Assembly: GCA_951406725.2 (NCBI GenBank)
Contig: OX597840.1
Coordinates: 19,220,001 to 19,284,000, forward strand
Source of the DNA: Octopus vulgaris
Lineage: Eukaryota
Reading direction: 5' to 3'
DNA length: 64,000 nucleotides
Positions 1-11,851 of the stretch are shown here, piece after piece. A program made the translations under genes and the position numbers. Under the pieces are notes generated by a model. The model worked only from the letters and a program-made list of their open reading frames with translations, did not search any database and was not told the origin of the DNA. Each line of letters begins with the position of its first letter. The first letter of the stretch is position 1.

Positions 1-250
1 TTCTCTTTTGTTGATGAGTTATTTAGTAGCAATCTCCCATTCTTGGATTGCAAATGCAAAGCCTTTGAAGTGTGATGTAATTTGGCGGTCATAAGTCCAA
101 GAGGGACTTCGCTTCATGTCAATGTTTCTATCTTCATCAATTCTTCGAGAAATATATCGAAGCTGAACGTTTCAGCTCCAGGTCTTATTTGAAGTATGCT
201 AGCCCGGTTGATTTGGGGTTGTATGGGAGATCATCAGGAGGATATTGTTT
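1..250 (-). mobile_element. Decayed REL-class (R4/Dong-like) non-LTR retrotransposon ORF fragment
   Basis: Minus strand reads YISRRIDEDRNIDMKRSPSWTYDRQITSHFKGFAFAIQEWEIATK*LINKRE. This resembles the S..W...GF..AIQ(D/E)Q.I.T motif that precedes the CCHC/REL region of R4/Dong-type elements. Contains stops and a frameshift, and starts at a (CATA)n tract. Confidence 0.7.
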
Positions 251-420
251 GTATGTATGTATTCATGTATGTATTTATGTGTGTGCATGTGCGTATGTCT
301 GCTGTATATACGTATGTATGTATATATGCATGTTTGTATGTATGTATTCATGTATATATTTATGTGTGTGCATGTGCGTATGTCTGCTGTATATAGGTAT
401 GTATGTATATATGCATGTTT

Positions 421-797
421 GTATGTCATTATTCGATTTTATTTCAAGATTTCTTGCCAATGCACAAGGAGAAGGTTTCTAACTAAGATCCAAGGCTCCT
501 TCATTGGAATCTCAACAACATCAACCGGATATTTTTGCACGTATTTGTGCACGTATGTGCAGTATTCTAAGTCAGTGCATGTGCAGATTTGCAGATTTTG
601 TTTTATGTGCGTCTCCTCATACGTATAGTTGTCTCTTTAGACGTGTGTTAAATGATAAACTTCTCGAAAGTTTTATATAATTTAAAGATCTAGTGATGGC
701 TTGGATCTATAGTCGTCGAATTAGCTTTCGCCTTTCCTGGTTTGAGAAGCATAATTTCTCAAGATTGGTATTTAGGCAGTGTGGTACACATCCCAGT
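421..797 (-). mobile_element. REL-class LINE 3' end (ORF C-terminus, 3'UTR, (CATA)n tail)
   Basis: Minus strand reads LGCVPHCLNTNLEKLCFSNQERRKLIRRL*IQAITRS, like the LG..P..L...L..L/LQ..A..G REL C-terminus. The 3' end (TTGGCAAGAAATCTTGAAATAAA..GAATAATGACA) recurs at 45030-45155 (+). Confidence 0.65.
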
Positions 798-861
798 GTA
801 TGTATGTATTTATGTATCCATGTATATATGTATGCATATATGTATGTATATATGTATGCAG

Positions 862-892
<31 letters not shown>

Positions 893-951
893 TGTATGTA
901 TGTATGTATGTATGTATGTATGCATGCATGCATGCATGTATGTATGTACGT

Positions 952-1415
952 AGAGAAATCTCGAGTTGCACATGAGAAAGTAAGGAGAGATGTCAGGAAG
1001 GGCATCGCTGTTACACTTCCAGAAGGGAAGGGTCTTCCTTTGATTCTGACATGCAATGTCGGTGCAAGACCCTGCCTTAGTAAAGCTGGACTCATGAGTC
1101 ATCTTCGTAGTCATAAAACGAGACAGATGAGTGACAACCTGGCCACTATTGGTGGTGTAACACACCATACTAATCATATCTGTCGGGCATGTGGAAGAGA
1201 GTGTAATTCAGCAGGAGGACTTAAACGACATGCAAAGGTACATGAAGCCCAGTTACAACTACAGCCGACTATTACCAGTAAAGGTTTTAGTTGCCAATGT
1301 TGTACAAGACATTGTAGATCTTTAGCTGGGCTAAAAAGTCACATTCGATCACAGCACCAGTAACAGTTAAGCTTCGTGCAATGGCCATACTCGATAACGA
1401 GGGGGCAGCCATGAT
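952..1415 (+). mobile_element. 5'-truncated RTE-clade LINE 3' end encoding three C2H2-like zinc fingers
   Basis: Reads EKSRVAHEKVRRDVRK...CNVGARPCLSKAGLMSHLRSH...CRACGRECNSAGGLKRHAKVH...CQCCTRHCRSLAGLKSHIRSQH*. C..C.R.C.S..GL.SH.R.H is the RTE/BovB C-terminal motif. Short 3'UTR runs into (TATG)n. A second copy lies at 53511-53658 (-). Confidence 0.8.
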
Positions 1416-1569
1416 GTATGTTTGTATGTCTATCTTTCTCTTCTTAATTTAGAATAAATTTTGGCCGGCCTCCCGCTTGACAGCAAGCTTGTGAAGAAAA
1501 GCGTCTCGTTTTAACCATGATCCAATCAATCTGAAGAAAATCTTGCAGATAGTCCTAGATATCGTCATC

Positions 1570-1576
1570 ATGTATA
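1570..1576 (+). CDS. Speculative start-codon segment of a spliced exon (1453-1576) of the small gene ending at 22601
   Basis: Pyrimidine tract plus TTTAG at 1452, ATC-ATG-TAT-A followed by GTACGT donor at 1577. Phase 1 matches the candidate exon at 3500. Confidence 0.2.
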
Positions 1577-1919
1577 GTACGTTTGTTTGTCTGTATGTAT
1601 GCGTATGTACATAAATGTGTGTACCATAAAGACTGTTAACCACCATCAACATTAATGCACCACCGCAACTACCATTCCAGGGATCGTCATCACCACAACA
1701 ATGACTGTTTCTCTTGTTACCATAACAACATAGTAATCACTACACTAGCTACTATGCTTATCATAAACGTCGTCGTTACATTTACTGCCACTACCACTAC
1801 CAAAATTAGCAGTACCACAACTGTAACAGTCACAAACATCGTCAGCACAACCATCTCCTCTACCGACACAACCCAACCACAAAAAGCGACACCACAGTCA
1901 CTGCAAAATCCGCCACAAC

Positions 1920-2485
1920 CACCATCGCACCCCACCATCCCCACCATCACGCTACAACAAATAGACAAATAACACCACTGTCATACAGCCATCGCCACCA
2001 CCGCCATCACCACCACCGCCATCACTACCACCGCCGTCACCACCGGTACCACAACTGGCACCAACGTCGCCCCCACCGTCACCACTACAAATAAGCAGAA
2101 AAATAGCACCACCATCACCGCCACCACCATCGCACCCCACCATCACGCTACAACAAATAGACAAATAACACCACTGTCATACAGCCATCGCCACCACCGC
2201 CATCACCACCACCGCCGTCACCACCGGTACCACAACTGGCACCAACGTCGCCCCCACCGTCACCACTACAAATAAGCAGAAAAATAGCACCACCATCACC
2301 GCCACCACCATCGCACCCCACCATCACGCTACAACAAATAGACAAATAACACCACTGTCATACAGCCATCGCCACCACCGCCATCACCACCACCGCCGTC
2401 ACCACCGGTACCACAACTGGCACCAACGTTGCCCCCACCGTCACCACTACAAATAAGCAGAAAAATAGCACCACCATCACCGTCA
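1920..2485. repeat. Tandem repeat, about 3 units of 181-196 bp, CCA-rich
   Basis: GCTACAACAAATAGACAAATAACACCACTGTCATACAGCC starts at 1951, 2147 and 2328. Confidence 0.95.
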
Positions 2486-2849
2486 CCACAGCCATGTCTA
2501 CCACCGACAGAGATGGCACCACAAACACCTTCCTCATCACCGCCACGACCAAAAACAATATCGCCACTACAGCAAACAACAACACCACCGCCATCAACAA
2601 CACCACCGCCATCAACAATAACAAAAAATTAAATCACCAAAAATAAAAAAATTTTTTCTGAGAATTTCCACTCTAAGCGATTGAATGTATTTCGGTCGAT
2701 TTAATTCTTTTACAAGAACCGTTGTATTCTTGACAGTGTGGGAGGGTAGGATTTCAGAATATTGGTAAATAAAATCTTGGATTAAATCGGCACTGTCTTG
2801 TATTCTTTACATTCTTATAATACAGTGTGCATCACTCTCCTTGTCTAGT

Positions 2850-2883
<34 letters not shown>

Positions 2884-2891
2884 ACACTCAC

Positions 2892-2933
<42 letters not shown>

Positions 2934-2934
<1 letters not shown>

Positions 2935-3024
2935 GCAAGTGTCTTCTGCTATAGCCCCGGGCCGACCAATGCCTTGTGAGTGGATTTGGTAGACGGAAAC
3001 TGAAAGAAGCCTGTCGTATATATG

Positions 3025-3098
<74 letters not shown>

Positions 3099-3290
3099 TG
3101 TGTCTGTGTTTGTCCCCCTAGTATTGCTTGACAACTGATGCTGTTACTTAGCGGTTCGGCAAAAGAGACCGATAGAATAAGTACTGGGCTTACAAAGAAT
3201 AAGTCCCGGGGTTGATTTGCTCGACTAAAGGCGGTGCTCCAGCATGGCCGCAGTCAAATGACTGAAACAAGTAAAATAGTAAAAGAGTAA
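2934..3290 (+). mobile_element. tRNA-derived SINE family A (5'-truncated copy)
   Basis: GGGCAAGTGTCTTCT...GGAAACTGAAAGAAGCC-(TG)n-...ATGGCCGCAGTCAAATGACTGAAACAAGTAAAA; many near-identical copies in the window. Confidence 0.9.
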
Positions 3291-3306
3291 AGAGTATACA
3301 CATATA

Positions 3307-3433
<127 letters not shown>

Positions 3434-3499
3434 CGTCGTCCCCTTTTCTGGTATAATTTTTTCTCTCGTCTTCTCTCGTTCTTTCTCGCTTTTCCTCAG

Positions 3500-3539
3500 A
3501 GAGCACCCATGTTGCTCAAATATTGTCTGATAGTACACG
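3500..3539 (+). CDS. Candidate 40-nt internal coding exon ([13 protein letters not shown])
   Basis: Long pyrimidine tract ending CCTCAG (3499), donor ACG|GTATGC. Open in the frame that ends in phase 2, matching the exon at 22373. Confidence 0.3.
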
Positions 3540-3699
3540 GTATGCTATAGAAGCTCGCCCGGCTTTAGTACTATCGTGCACATGGAACTTAAAGTAGCTC
3601 AGCTTTTTAGTTCTGCATAACTTATATTTATCTCTTGGTGGAAACATTTTTGTTGATCTTAATATTTAAGGGAACATTATACAATATATATATATATAT

Positions 3700-4003
3700 T
3701 ACGGAGATGTACTTGCATAGTAAGTGACCTGAGCTGAGATTGTGCTGAAACAAACACAAGTGCAGCGTGGAAGGTGTTTATAAGCCATTTAAGAAACACA
3801 CAAAAAACCGTTAGCTCCACTTCAACATCTAAATTTAATTTGCCAAAATATTTTCGTCACTTTGAGTCCATGACCTGTTAACTGACAAATAGAGAGATTC
3901 AGCACGGTATTTTGTCAGTGAACAGGTCACGGTCTCAAAGCGACGGAAATATATTGGCAAATTAAATTTAGATGGTGAAGTGAATCTAACGGGTTTTGTG
4001 TGT
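3700..4003. mobile_element. Penelope-like tail-out inverted repeat with G3-C8 hammerhead motif
   Basis: Arms 3796-3890 and 3910-4003 are reverse complements, and the long arm ends in (TA)n. Two-arm consensus: TTTGTCA GTGAACA g GTC..GAC GAAA ATAT TT TGGCAAA. Confidence 0.7.
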
Positions 4004-4554
4004 TATCAAGCATGTGAAACACTGGACGTGAAAGGCCCTAGTTCTCATTAGAACAGCTCTTTTAAGAGAAGGTAAATTGTAAATTAAAAGTCTTGAAGTG
4101 CAGTCGATGTGTATTCGCCATGACTCCTGTTGTGTCACTTGTTTTATGGCTAATTGCGCTGAAAAGAGGTTCAGTGCTGTGCAACACTTCATGCACTCAA
4201 AAATGAATTATAGTTAATACCTAACTGAACTCACATATCATTTTTTCTCATAAGGATAAATATGAATCTCCTAGATTCTATTTTGCTGTTTCCTTTCTCA
4301 AGTCCTTTGTAAAAATTTTGTTTATACTTTTTGCACTGAAGAGTACAGTAATATATAATTAATTTAAGTAATTCAATACAACCATGAATTTGCATGATTT
4401 TTTATATCTCCGTACGAAACGATTAAAATTCTCTTATACGTTTTAACATTTTTCTCTTCTCCATTTTTAACAAAATTATCGAGCTTTATAGGATTTCTTT
4501 CCAACACACCATACACAAGTATATATTATGTTACACATACACACACACACACAC

Positions 4555-4650
<96 letters not shown>

Positions 4651-4711
4651 ATATATATATGTGTATATATATATGTGTATATATATATGTATATATATAT
4701 ATATACATATA

Positions 4712-4768
<57 letters not shown>

Positions 4769-5249
4769 GTGTATGTGTGTGTGTATATATACATGTACAT
4801 ATATATATACACACACATACATATGTATATAGTTAGTAGTTAGGTTATATTTTGTTAAGAAAGTAGTAGAGTAAAGTATAAACCTCGTTCACCTTCAGAT
4901 TTCACCCTGCGCTATGCAACTTATTCAATTACATATGTATATATATGGAATATACAAGGAATTTTCGTCAACCGGTGTCATGTAAGAGGTATGTACTCTG
5001 AGTGATCCGTTTGATTTACCACTAAAATTCCGGTTTGAACTACTATTGGAAAGTGTGGTGTTGAGACTGTCTATCTGAGACGGCTATAAGTTGTTTCTCT
5101 TTGAGCGGCTAGATATAGAATAAAATGGAAAACGAATAAGCAAAACATTTGGCATCATTTGAGAAAAAAGCATTTTAGATAGGGAATATAAACATATAGC
5201 ATCTCTTCTAGCTGTTTCTAGAACAGCAATGCATGTGATAATGATGATA

Positions 5250-5329
<80 letters not shown>

Positions 5330-5384
5330 CTCTTTGAGATCATCATTAGGAAAACGAAAGAGGTTGAAAAAAATCTTCAAGTAC

Positions 5385-5620
5385 TTATTTCTTTACAACC
5401 CACAAGGGGATACACACAAAGTGGACAAATAAAGGACAGACAAAGGGATGAAGTCGATTATATTGACCCCAGTGCGTAACTGGTACTTAATTTATCGACC
5501 CCGAAAGGACAAAAGGCAAAGTCGCCCTCGACGTAATTTGAACTCAGTACGTAACGACAGACGAAATACCGTTAAGCATTTCGCCCGTTGTGGTAACGTT
5601 TCTGCCAGCTCGCCGCCTTA
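5385..5620 (-). mobile_element. SINE family B (Meta-domain-like), nested in a Dong-like LINE fragment
   Basis: Minus strand AAGGCGGCGAGCTGGCAGAAACGTTA...GACTTTGCCTTT.GTCCTTTCGGGGTCGATAAATTAAGTACCAG. TCTTCAAGTACT-like sequence is repeated on both sides. Confidence 0.85.
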
Positions 5621-5624
5621 ATCT

Positions 5625-5940
5625 GCAAGTACTCCGAATCTTCAAGTTCTCCGAATTAAAAGTAGAAATGGCAAGATTGTATGGAATGCGAGGGGGTAAT
5701 GTAAAAGTGATACAATGGGCTCAATCCCATTGAAACTCCAAGACTTTTTAAGACAACTGGAAATCCCTCGAAAGGATGATGTCTTGCAAAAAGCAGTCTT
5801 ATTGGGCACAGCACACATCTTAAGGAAAGCATTATTTGTCTGAGGTCCTTGTTGTAACTTGACCTTTGATTAAAGACTCCGGTACATTTTTACCTACACT
5901 GTGTCACGAAGGAATAATAATGATAATAATAATAATAATG
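5625..5940 (+). mobile_element. R4/Dong-like LINE 3' end with (TAA)n tail
   Basis: KFSELKVEMARLYG...LQKAVLLGTAHILRKALFV*, then a 3'UTR and AATAATAAT. Confidence 0.85.
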
Positions 5941-5958
5941 ATGATGATGATGATTATA

Positions 5959-5996
<38 letters not shown>

Positions 5997-6099
5997 AGCA
6001 ACAGTAACAAACGCATTAAGATTAAAAGGATAGACCGAAGAAAGAAAAAGAAAGAAGAAATGAAAAAGGGAATGAAAAGGAAAGAAAAAGCAACAGGAT

Positions 6100-6868
6100 A
6101 GAAGAGAAGGAAAGAAGGAAGGAAGAAGAAAGGAAGGAAGGAAGGAAGGAAGGAAGGAAGGAAGGAAGGAAGGAAGGAAGGAAGGAAGGAAGGAAGGAAG
6201 GAAGGAAAGAAGGAAGGAAGAAAGGAAGAAAGGAAGGAAGGAAGGAAGGAAGGAAGGAAGGAAGGAAGGAAGGAAGGAAGGAAGGAAGGGAGGAAGGAAG
6301 GGAGGAAGGAAGGCTGGAGGAAAGGAGGAAAGGAAGGAAGGCAGGTAGGAAGGAAAGAAGGAAGGAAGGCTGGAAGGAAGGAGGAAAGGAAGGAAGGAAG
6401 GAAAGAAGGAAGGAAGGAAAGAAGGAAGGAAGGAAGGAAGGAAGGAAGAAGGAAGGAAGGAAGGAAGGAAGGAAGGAAGGAAGGAAGGAAGGAAGGAAGG
6501 AAGGAAGGAAGGAAAGGAAGGTAGGAAGGAAGGAAGGAAGGAAGGAAGGAAGGAAGGAAGGAAGGAAGGAAGGAAGGAAGGAAGGAAGGAAGAAAGGAAG
6601 GCAGGAAGGAAGGAAGGCAGGAAGGAAGGAAGAAAGAAAGGAAGGGAAGAAGGAAGGAAGAAAGGAAAAAAGGAAGGAAAGCAGGAAGGAAGGAAGGAAG
6701 GAAGGAAGGAAGGAAGGCAGGAAGGAAGGAAGGCAGGAAGGAAGGAAGGAAGGAAGGAAGGAAGGAAGGAAGGAAGGAAGGAAGGAAGGAAGGAAGGAAG
6801 GAAGGAAGGAAGGAAGGAAGGAAGGAAGGAAGGAAGGAAGGAAGGAAGGAAGGAAGGAAGGAAGGATG
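6100..6868. repeat. (GGAA)n polypurine microsatellite, about 770 bp
   Basis: Directly visible. Confidence 0.98.
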
Positions 6869-7379
6869 GGAATGAGAGTACTGTTAAGATTCCATTCCTG
6901 CAGAGAAAATATATTTGTATTGGTTCTTAATCTAATCTTCGGCAATGCGTTCTCTCAGGAGAATTTGAAGCCACTTTACGGAATTAACACATCATCATCA
7001 TCATCATCAACAACAACAAGAACATTATCAACAGCGACATCAACATCAATACGTCTTCGACATCTATGCCTCCACGTGGTCATATAATTTGGTAGAAATG
7101 GCAGTAAATATTACGTCTTGAAGTTATATGAATGGGACAAGGTGCGTTAAAAGAAATTTATTGTAGTGCAGATGTGTGGGAGTTTTGCCGACCCACATCG
7201 ATGGGTTGCCACCAGGCAGCTTTGGTGTTACTGTGGAAGCGATCGAAACTACGACAGAGCTTTCTCACCGCCTAATGAGAGGCGAGTGCTGCATTCGGAA
7301 ACGGAGTGCAAACAACATCAGCAAACAAGTGGTTATCTTAAAACGAGATGGTCTTTGGGCTTAGGATTTATATATATAT

Positions 7380-7589
7380 ACTCTTTTACTCTTTTACTTG
7401 TTTCAGTCATTTGACTGCGGCCATACTGGAGCACCGCCTTTAGTCGACCAAATCGACCCCGGGACTTATTCTTTGTAAGCCCAGTACTTATTCTATCGGT
7501 CTCTTTTGCCGAACCGCTAGGTTACGGGGACGTAAACACACCAGCATCGGTTGTCAAGCAATGCTAGGGGGACAAACACAGACACACAA

Positions 7590-7622
<33 letters not shown>

Positions 7623-7788
7623 CATATATACGACAGGCTTCTTTCAGTTTCTGTCTACCAAATCCACTCACAAGGCATTGGTCGCCCCGAGGCTATAGCA
7701 GAAGACACTTGCCCAAGATGCCACGCAGTGGGACTGAACCCGGAACCATGTGGTTGGTTAGCAAGCTACTTACCGCACAGCCACTCCT

Positions 7789-7792
<4 letters not shown>
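7380..7792 (-). mobile_element. Full-length SINE family A
   Basis: Minus strand GCGCAGGAGTGGCTGTGCGGTAAG (A-box-like) ... GGTTCAGTCCC (B-box-like) through the GACTGAAACAAGTAAAAGAG tail. Confidence 0.9.
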
Positions 7793-7829
<37 letters not shown>

Positions 7830-7831
<2 letters not shown>

Positions 7832-8139
7832 ATGTGACAACTATTCGGTAGCCATGATAAAACTCCGAGTTTCGGATGCCGAGGTGGAAATCCACGCCGC
7901 CATCTCTTCAGTTATCCGGCCATCGGAAAAAATACTATGAAAAATTACTTGTATTCATAGTATTTTCCGATGGCTGGATAACTGAAGAGATGGCGGCGTG
8001 GATTTCCACCTCGGCATCCGAAACTCGGAGTTTTATCTTGGCTACCGAATAATTGTCACATATTACATTTACATATAAATTCCTCTATTTACATAATATC
8101 GAGGTCTCTTTCATTCTTTTGTTGTCTTGCCATTTCTAT

Positions 8140-8143
<4 letters not shown>
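7830..8143. mobile_element. Penelope-like tail-out inverted repeat between (TA)n tracts, copy 1
   Basis: Arms 7830-7941 and 7954-8063 are near-perfect reverse complements. The right arm extends to 8143. A homologous copy lies at 10349-10737 in the opposite orientation. Confidence 0.85.
7976..8038 (+). ncRNA. Minimal type I hammerhead ribozyme motif (mirror copy at 7856-7917, minus strand)
   Basis: Stem I GGATAA/TTATCT; core CTGAAGA (7982-7988); stem II GATG/CATC plus one extra C; GAAA (8020-8023); palindromic stem III ACTC-G-GAGT; GUU cleavage triplet. Confidence 0.75.
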
Positions 8144-8211
<68 letters not shown>

Positions 8212-8252
8212 ATATAATATAATATAATATAATATAATATAATATAATATAT

Positions 8253-8283
<31 letters not shown>

Positions 8284-8766
8284 ATATGGGCAGTTGCATA
8301 TGCAACGAGGCATAATTTCCTGTGCAGCTTCGGTCAGGGTCTTCCAACCAGCTTGGCTCAAAGCGAACTGAATTCAGTTAGTTGTTTATTGGTTAAGGTT
8401 CAGGGTAAAGCGAGGGTAAATTGTTTTGTGTCTGAATGTTGTTCTGTTTGTAAACTTGTATGGCTGACCTCTGCTTCACCCTAGTTGCTGGGCGAATGCA
8501 GGATTCTAAGTAGGTCCAAGTTTGTTTTACTGTTTTGGCGGGCTTCTTTGTGTATTGTAGTAGATGGGTACTTAATAAGCTTACTTTCAAGAATAGTTTT
8601 TGTAATGTTTTTTTTTTAATTGAGGGTAGTTCAGTTCTGTTACCGTCTTAGTTATTCAGATATTTTCGTGGTTTTAGTATTTATTATTCTTGGTAGTAAA
8701 AGGGAAAAGGGTTAGTTCTAGTACTAGGTTAGTTCATTCCCACCCAACTGTGGGTGGCATATTGAG

Positions 8767-9105
8767 CTACCTAGAATGTATGTTAAATTTCTTAAAGGTT
8801 TTGACAGGTTTACGTAAGCATCTTATGGTTTGTTTCAGCCTGTTATTAAGTAATTTGCGTCCTGATGTAAAGATTTGGTACATTTCTTCTATACACAACT
8901 CACATCTATGTCCCCCTGCCCCAAACGATTTAGCCGTACTAATTATCTCTCACTCTGTGGTAAAGCTATGGATCTTATCTTTAAGAAAGCAGATTAGTCT
9001 GCCTAAGCTCGTGCTGTTCCTCTTATTCCTATCCCTAAATGAATTTAAATTATTTACTGGACTTTTTTGTAAATATTTAGCAAGTTAACCCCAATATGGA
9101 AGCAC
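8767..9105 (-). pseudogene. Decayed Penelope-like (Naiad-type) GIY-YIG endonuclease C-terminus
   Basis: Minus strand CFHIG (YIG-like), frameshift, then NNLNSFRDRNKRNSTSLGRLICFLKDK...E*EIISTAKSFGAGGHRCELCIEEMYQIFTSGRKLLNNRLKQTIRCLR. This fits SF......T.LS..IW.LK...W.I...A......C.LC.EE...I....LLN.R. The 3' non-coding part continues to about 8285. Confidence 0.8.
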
Positions 9106-9304
9106 GTCCTTCCTTCAGGTATGATCTTGCATCGATACACTGGATTCTTCTTCAAACATACCCCGCTACATTGTGTGTTATATTGCCGTTAGTGTTCGAG
9201 TCTCGTCTGTTACAAACTGTTCCTTTCCTGTCATCTAGCGTTTCGACAAATAAAACCGATGGAATAAGTAACAGGTTTTTTTTTTAAAAAACATGTTTAT
9301 TCGA

Positions 9305-9448
9305 CTGCGTAGTTGGGAGCTTGCTTCGTATCCACGTGGATCAGGGTTCAGTCCTACTGCATGTCACCTTGGGCTAGTGTCTTGTACGTCGGGCCGACCA
9401 AAGCTTTGTGAGTGGATTTAGTAGATGGAAACTAAAAGAAGCCTGTCG

Positions 9449-9516
<68 letters not shown>

Positions 9517-9660
9517 TGTGTGTGTGTGCAGCACCCATAACTTAACGGTTCGGCAAAAAAGATCAAAAACATAAACGTTCTGGGGTCGACTAAAATTTCT
9601 TCTAGGCGGTGCCCCAGTATGGTCGCAGTCTAATAATGACTGAAAGAAGTAAAATATAAG
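9305..9660 (+). mobile_element. Diverged SINE family A
   Basis: Same head, core, (TG)n and tail order. Another old minus-strand copy lies at 10010-10270. Confidence 0.8.
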
Positions 9661-10348
9661 ATATAACGTAAAAGACAAACACTTCAATCTGGTGGCCCAG
9701 CTCGGCTGCAGACCAGTCAGTGAAGCAGGTAATCGATATATGATAAAATAATCAGGCAGAGGAACCCTCACTGATTGGTATCTACCAGCATTATCGATTT
9801 TATATGAAGAAAACATTTGTTTAGTTGTTATCAGAGATTAAATTTCAATTATCTATTTTTCATCGGAAGATTACCGTTAATCATAGAATATCGATTAATC
9901 CTGTGGTTCTCAAATCAATTTGGGTTCAGGGTGCCATAGAGATCAATAACAGGAAGTTTTGCTACCATTTGTTTCAGCTCTTTACACTGTTTTTTTTATA
10001 TATATTTTATCTGTTCTAAGCTTCAGTCATTGGACTAAGGCCATGCTGGGGTACCACCTTGAGGGGTGTACTAGAATAAAGCGGCACCAGGACTTGGTTT
10101 TGCGGGCTTTTTGTTTTTTTCTTTTTGTTTTTCGGTTTTCAGTCCGGTACTTATTCTATCTGTCTTTTTTCGAACCGCTAAGTTATGAGGACGTATACAA
10201 ACGAACACCGGTTGTCAAGCGGTGTAGAGGAACATATACAAAAACAAGGACACCCACATCTACACACACACACGCAGATATATACATGGCTGCAGTTTAA
10301 TGACTAAAGCAAGTAAAAGATAAATAAATAAATATATATATATATATA

Positions 10349-10730
10349 TTGATAAAAACGGTAAGATAACAAAAGAAAGAAAGAGACCTCAATATTATGT
10401 AAATAGAGGAAATTTATCTGTAAAATAATATGTGACAATTACTCAATAGTCAAGATAAAACTCTGAGTTTCAGATGCCGAAGTGGAAATCCACAACACCA
10501 TCTCTTCGGTTATCTGGCCATCTGAAAAACGCTATGAAAAAATACCGTTCTTTTTTTTCCTTTTGCTTTATCCGAAAAAAGTGCTTTTTTCTTGGAGCTT
10601 TTTATATGTTTTATATCTTTTTTCATAGCGTTTTTCAGATGGCCAGATAACCGAAGAGATGGTGTTGTGGATTTCCACTTCGGCATCTGAAACTCAGTTT
10701 TATCTTGACTATTGAGTAATTGTAACATAT

Positions 10731-10737
<7 letters not shown>
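10349..10737. mobile_element. Penelope-like tail-out inverted repeat between (TA)n tracts, copy 2
   Basis: Arms at about 10425-10541 and 10619-10734. The hammerhead motif has a CCGAAGA core in both arms (10645-10705 on +). Confidence 0.85.
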
Positions 10738-10792
<55 letters not shown>

Positions 10793-10816
10793 TATACATA
10801 CACACACACACACATA

Positions 10817-10884
<68 letters not shown>

Positions 10885-10944
10885 CGTACACACACACACA
10901 CACGCACGCACACACACAAATACATATGCATATACGAATATATA

Positions 10945-11851
10945 CGAGGTGGTATCAAAAAGTTCACAGACTAGGTATGTTTAATAAAAAAAATTATTTA
11001 CCTAAGTTTTAATACCATTTCTTCCGAAACTGTGACCTTGCATAACAATATTCCGGTCACAGCGTCCCTGGCCTTTTGAAATCCGGCCTGGATCTCGTTT
11101 TCCGTGAGCGAGTTGAGGACCTTTTGCAATTCGTTCTTGGTCTCAACAGCAGTATTAAAACGGCGACCTTTGAATTAAATTTTTATCTTGGGGAGGAGAT
11201 GGAAGTCTGCAGGTGTTTAACCTGGTGAATAGGGCAGGTACGGAAGCGATGCCATGTTGTTTTAGGCGAAAATTTCACGAGTGAGGAAAGCTTGGTGACG
11301 GTGCATTGTCATCGTGAAGAATTCAATTCTTCGCGCCCCATAGATCCGGTCGCCTTTGCCAAATGTACTCTTTCAAATGCTTCAAAACATCTTTGATTGT
11401 CCTCCGACGATTCTTATTCACAAGCTGATGGATTTTCTCCACATTTCCAGGGTGACGCTTGTGGCACATCTTCCAGATCGCTCATCGTCCTTCAGGCATA
11501 TCCATACGCTTTTGAAACGCCTGCATCACTCGAAACATTACGAACCATTGCCTTGTTGCTGTAAGATGGCCGAAGCATGCTCAATGTCTCTGTAGGAGAC
11601 CTCTCCTAGTTTAACGCATAAGTTCACGTTGGCTCTTTGTTTCAACTCCCTGTCAATGACAAAATCGCAGACTACAGCATACACGTGATCACAAAACACG
11701 ACATTTCACAGCGTGCAAAGTAAACACAGCAATCTCATGCGGCACACTGCCTTATGAAGGTCCCTGCTAGCTCCCACTGCGCACGCAACCTTGTGCTGAC
11801 ATCTGTTAGCGCACTACACAACTAGTCCGGAAACTTTTTGATAGCATCTCA
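10945..11851 (-). mobile_element. Internally deleted, decayed mariner transposon
   Basis: TIRs CGAGGTGGTATCAAAAAGTTCACAGACTAG / CTAGTCCGGAAACTTTTTGATAGCATCTCA, flanked by TA. Minus-strand remnants RRFKS...LKDDERSGR, LHDDNAP and PYSP..P.DF.L.PK. Confidence 0.92.

Noticed and set aside
779-1363. Host C2H2 zinc-finger gene
   Set aside because: No TGEKP linkers, RTE-type motif and tail, and a second truncated copy at 53511; the N-terminus is (TATG)n.
1453-1576. Fully coding exon with TGA readthrough
   Set aside because: All three frames have stops and there is no redox motif or visible SECIS; at most a 5'UTR exon.
8950-8952. In-frame TGA in the Penelope endonuclease as selenocysteine
   Set aside because: It aligns with the conserved Trp, not a Cys; the cysteines are TGT/TGC and the ORF is frameshifted.
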